Source: Asterias rubens | Lineage: Eukaryota | Direction of reading: 5' to 3' | Assembly: GCF_902459465.1 (NCBI RefSeq) | Contig: NC_047074.1 | Location: 6,820,001-6,884,000, forward strand | DNA: 64,000 bases | Part shown: piece by piece, positions 59,300-64,000 of the stretch | Layout: each line of letters starts with the position of its first letter | Numbering within the stretch: position 1 is the first letter of the stretch | The notes under the pieces: model-generated | What the model was told of the DNA's origin: nothing | The model's input: only the letters and a program-made list of their open reading frames with translations | Database searches by the model: none | Position numbers and translations under genes: made by a program

Positions 59300-60038
59300 G
59301 TACGTAACTCGTGAAACAAATATTATGGAGGAATGTTTACATATTGTAGTTTTTGTTTGATGATATATTTTATTTAGTCAATGTCGTGAACTATTGTGTT
59401 TTGTTGTCCCATGGGAGTGGCCCTTTTCTGTGGTCAAATGATAATTGTTTTAATATTATTCGCCATTTCATATTGTAACAAACGGTTATACAGTACACAT
59501 AATTAATTAGAATACTGAAATGTTATTAGAATTCATTGAAGGTTTTTATGTATGTTTTAATATGCCTATTAATTAGTTTATCCGTCTTTATCGCGCATTA
59601 GTGTTGTACAATAGCGTAATATTCTGTAGGCGCAGTGCACCTTAATTTACTAACTTTACAAACAAATTGCCCCAAACATGTGCCGGGCTGTACATTTGAA
59701 ATAAAAAGACAAAAAAACATTCCCCCGAGGTATACTTCTTGGTAATTTTTTATTTTATTTTATTTTTTAGGGGCTGCACGCACTAAAAACTAAAAATTAC
59801 AAAGAACGGGCTGTTGAAATTTTAAAACCAAAAGTATTACAACATGTTATATACATGTTTCTAACATACCATATCGTCAGTGTGAAGTAAGAGAGTTTGA
59901 TACCCCAACTTCTCTTTGTGTTCTCTTAACTTTACAAATTCTGAAGACCTGAACATGAGCAATACAATTTTGTTGCACGCATTGAACCAGCCTGACTACC
60001 ATTACATTATACATAACCACTGGTCGTGAGTTGTTATG

Positions 60039-60408
60039 TTAAAGGTAGTGGACACTATTCGTAATTACTCAAAATAATTATTAGCATAAAACCTTACTTA
60101 AATACAAGTAATGGGGAGAGGTTGATGGTATAAAACATTGTGAGAAATAGCTCCCTCTGAAGTGACGTAGTAATTTTCCACGACGTTGATTTCGAGACCT
60201 CAATTTAAGAATTTGAGGTCTCGAAATCAAGCATCAGAAAGCACACAACTTCGTGACACAAGGGTTTTTTTCTTTCATTATTATCTCGCAAATTCGACGA
60301 CCGATTGCGCTCAAATTTTCACAGGTTTGTTATTTTATGCATCTTTCGAGATACACTAACTGTGAAGACTAGTCTTTGACAATTACCAATAGTGTCCACT
60401 GCCTTTAA
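60039..60408 (+). mobile_element. MITE family A copy
   Basis: TTAA flanks. Confidence 0.85.
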
Positions 60409-61959
60409 TCGAAAAATGCAAATGTCGAGAAACCTCGTCGGAGGTCCACTTGTTGGTTTATTGAGTTTCACTTTTCTTTTCGAAATCATACTCAAATGAT
60501 ATGTACTTTTCGTTACATTACACTGTCTTGTAGGTCAAGATACAAAGGAACTGAAGTACAGCACACTGTGTCATGGAGTTACTTACGGAGTGAAGGGCAA
60601 CACCGCACCATGCAGAAGATACAACAAGGAATCATCCACTGCGAATTCATCACGAAAACCGTACAACAATTGGGCAACAATTAGGCCATGGGCCGAAAGT
60701 CAAAAAGTCCTCTAGAGATAGGAGAATGTTGCAGCCCCAAGGGTGAAGGGGAGATGTATTTATCAAAATGTAGGGAATTGTGGCCTCTTCAAGAAGAAGA
60801 AAAAAATTGTTCTACTTAAAATACTGGTTAATGAGCGATAAATCAAAGACGGCGGCAATAATTCAAGATGGAGGCCGTTTATTTTATTCTTTTGTAATAA
60901 TGTGGTAGTGAACATGTAACCTGGAAAAGGGAACACTTGGAGATTTACTAAATAAAATTGAATTTCTGATAAATATCGCTCTGGGGAACTCGCTTGCAAT
61001 GAGAAGTGTAAATCTAAAATCGAGTGAGGATAAGAACGCGAGGCAATTTGATAAAAAAAGAAACAATGACCACTGACTTTTATAGGAACAAGGACAAATT
61101 GTATTTATTTGATCCACTCAAATCTCACATAGAAATTGTATGGAGAAGAAACCAAACAATTCCAAGAAATTCAACTGGAAATCATTTCTAAAAATAGATT
61201 CAACAATCAACACATCTTAAATCTGTTTTCACCAAGTACTAAAAAATAGATCCAGCACACTCGTGAAACTAATGAGTTGACTGTACTTGAAATAAACAGT
61301 GGTTTTGAATTGAATCAAACACTAATAAAAACCCAGCAGAATTTAACTATAGGATAGGCTAGTAATAAAAAAAACAAAATGTGAAAACCTAAACAAAACA
61401 AAAACCAACACAAACACACTGAAATTAACAGCTTTATACAGAAATGTTGAGAGCTTGCATGCAAATTATCATCTGGAAGGATTTCACAAGAACATGGAAA
61501 GTGGCTGTTAACAAAATGGCTACCATTATCAACCTAAATGCATGTTTTACCAATTAATAATCAACCAAGTATGTACAGTATGTATGTGCGGCCGTTGCAG
61601 GAGATGTAATTTTGTCACGTGAAATTTTAAGTAGTTAGTTTATGACCTGGTGTAATACGATTTAAAAATGGCCAAAACCAGAAAGACTTGTGGGATGGGG
61701 TGGGGATGATGTGCCCCCATTAGCCACGCCCCCCAAAAAAATACAATCTCAAAAATTGAAACCGTCATCATCACAGTTACAAATGTACAACTCTTCAAGA
61801 TAGAAAACCTTTTGTGATGTACAATTTAACAAAGTATGTGTGAGGGAAATGTAGATGATGGAAGAGGGGTCCAGTGTCTGCTAACATCCCCACCCCACCC
61901 CCGTTCTGAACAATTTTCCTGTGGAGGCATGCACAATTCGCATTTTGGTCAAAAAGTTA

Positions 61960-62335
61960 CGGCATAATTTGACAAGAAATCGTCGATTACCGCCAAAATA
62001 TAACAATGACGGGGTTCATATTTTCACCAGCACACTCGGATGGGGTATCCGCAAGAAGTAATCACGCTAATTCGGCTATTCGGGGTGGCTCGAAAATTAA
62101 AAAGTCTCTTCACAGAGATCACCCTAGGCAATCAGTAATGTACGCAGTATGATGTTGCTTTTTGTTTTTTATTCCCCATTTTTGCTTGCGAATTTTATTA
62201 AGTTATTGTATATAATATTGTTGTTCTCTTAATGATGTTCTTTTAACCTGTTATAATGTTGTATCATAGTTGCAATTCAGTTGTATGCTGTGATGGCTAT
62301 TGTTAATAAACCTTTTATCTATCAATCTATTTATA
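61960..62335 (+). mobile_element. Degenerate LINE 3' end
   Basis: Frameshifted FTSTLGW / YPQEVITL resembles the FFPRT..WNSLPQEVI end motif; tail aataaaccttttatctatcaatct. Confidence 0.35.
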
Positions 62336-62899
62336 ACAGCAATCCGGGTTTTTTTTCTTTCTAAAAACGAAAACCAACCCACCAACCACTGTTTCGATGT
62401 CAAACCCGTCCAATCAATGCCAATACGTTACAAGGTACCACATCCTTCATATACCCGCGAACGGGATTTTATATAACAAATTCCTCTGAAATTATGGTTC
62501 AGTACCACAAAGCATCTAATTAAAAAAAACAAGCAAAAACTACCCCCGTTCACACAGGGACAAAACAAAAATACTTGCTCAACATACCAGAAAACCAAAA
62601 CAGTCCCCCCCCCCACACACCCACACACCAACCTGTGACATATATTTCCTGTTTTGCAATCGGAAGGAAACAAATAACCTGGCTCAAACCCACATGGACA
62701 ACTCATTGCGTTTTTTAGAAATGGAATAAATGTTTTGTTTTCTCATTTCTCCCCATTTGTAAAAAAAACAATGACAGTTTATTCAAGCAAACAAACACAA
62801 ACTTGCCAAGGAATCAAGAAATACCACAATCAGTTTTCCCGCGCATCTTTTTGAAAACGACTGGACCACAAAACCCTCTTTGTAAACACGAAGGAACCC

Positions 62900-62990
62900 C
62901 ACAACCAATCAACTACTCGCAACCACATAAAGCTTGCCAACACCTGAGTGATCACGCCCACGTCCGCCCTGTTGGTATATAATCACTGTC
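62900..62990 (+). promoter_or_regulatory. Compact Pol II-type promoter (CCAAT, GC boxes, TATA) for the orphan ORF
   Basis: CCAAT near 62905, cacgcccacgtccgccc at about 62952-62969, TATATAA at 62976. Confidence 0.4.
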
Positions 62991-63016
62991 ACCACGGCAC
63001 TAACGGCACTGTCATC

Positions 63017-63355
63017 ATGTCTACCAAACTTAGCAAGTTCCTGAAGCGCCACAGCAAAATCAACAATCTACCTTCAACTTCAAGCCCGAAGATCCAGGAT
63101 CCACCGTCTCCCGCATCCTCTTCAGCTTGCAGTGATGACACACAGTTTGACCGTCTGGTGAACTCCTTTGAAGCCCATTGCAGGGACATCACGGAAAAGA
63201 TCGCATCCGATACCCCTGTAGCTCGATTAAGACTTTCTTTTGCGGTAGCAAAATTCAAGGCACAAGAACTACGGACAGCCACGCAACTATTCAGTTATTT
63301 TACACGGCCCAGAACATCTGCGAACAAAGGTACCAAGAGGAAACGTGAGACGTAG
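63017..63355 (+). CDS. Orphan intronless ORF, 112 aa, C-terminal NLS-like KGTKRKRE; possibly of viral or mobile-element origin
   Basis: atcATG 41 bp after TATATAA (62976-62982), with GC boxes and CCAAT upstream and AATAAA at 63485-63490. More GC-rich than the flanks. No family recognised. Confidence 0.45.
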   Translation: MSTKLSKFLKRHSKINNLPSTSSPKIQDPPSPASSSACSDDTQFDRLVNSFEAHCRDITEKIASDTPVARLRLSFAVAKFKAQELRTATQLFSYFTRPRTSANKGTKRKRET

Positions 63356-64000
63356 AAACTCGTCAAACAGGCAAACTGGTCCTTTTCAGGACCACCCATC
63401 TTCCATAGAGAGACATATCATTGAATTGCTAACTTTTATACATGTTATTGCTATACATGTACTAAATGTATTTATTTTATGAGCAATAAACAAATTTCTC
63501 TTCTCTTCCACGCAGTGATGCAACTTTTCCGATTTAATCGGAAAACCGATTTTGTTCATATTTTGGGGGGCTTAAAATCTAAAATGTATTAAAATCTAAA
63601 TTGACCAAGTCTTGTCCCAAGACGTCAGCGATCAACGAGTACGTGCTTAATACACAATCCCTAATAATTACAAAGCTACACAAAGCTTTTAGTTGACAGT
63701 TCTATGCCTCTTTTGTGGATTTTAAAAATATATTGGAGGAGTTGACGGCACCGAGCGAGTAGACGGCGAATTAACGGCAAGGGGTGTATTTATGTTAAGA
63801 CCCTATTTTGCAAAAACAAAATATCATATCATATTTGCATAATGAGTAAGTAGATGGCCTAAGCTTTCGATCCAAGAGGCATAAAACAATTACAAACAAA
63901 TACATATCCATTTACAGAAAAAGAGAGGGGAAAAGGATTAAGGGAAGGATCCAGAAAGAAGCGGGAAAAATACAGCCAATCAAAGTTTCTATTTCAGAAA

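Noticed and set aside
60534-60715. 60-codon open frame after a good acceptor, downstream of Norrin
   Set aside because: No compatible phase-1 donor in Norrin exon 2, no recognisable domain and no partner exons.

Overview
AT-rich, intron-rich eukaryotic DNA with no prokaryotic genes or CRISPR arrays. The repeat content and gene set suggest an echinoderm, probably a sea star (inference). Four spliced genes were assembled by hand from GT-AG junctions with consistent phases, and the ORF track shows none of them intact. (1) SLC35A5 nucleotide-sugar transporter, minus strand, running off the left edge. (2) A 318-aa type II membrane TNF-superfamily ligand of the conventional TRAIL/RANKL/CD40L/FasL-like class (13175-19855, minus), with a furin site, a micro-exon-encoded Tyr/Asp-rich stalk and a Cys-containing C-terminal tail. 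(3) Directly upstream in tandem, a 343-aa EDA/Eiger-like TNF ligand with furin site, short collagen segment and EF-disulfide motif (28222-45042, minus). (4) Head-to-head with it, a two-exon Norrin (NDP) homologue (55963-59000, plus). It keeps the human intron position, lacks the dimer cysteine equivalent to human Cys95, and carries an extra C-terminal tail resembling a GPI-anchor signal. The rest is a dense MITE/SINE landscape: at least 23 copies of one TTAA-flanked Kolobok-like MITE, several other MITE families including TAG...CTA elements with 9-bp TSDs, tRNA-derived SINEs, interstitial telomeric repeats and a 1.65-kb 36-mer minisatellite. There is also a compact orphan ORF at about 63 kb with its own CCAAT/GC/TATA promoter and poly(A) signal. 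The most interesting observations are the putative membrane-tethered Norrin and the tandem pair of TNF ligands from two structural classes, each with a kB-like site upstream.
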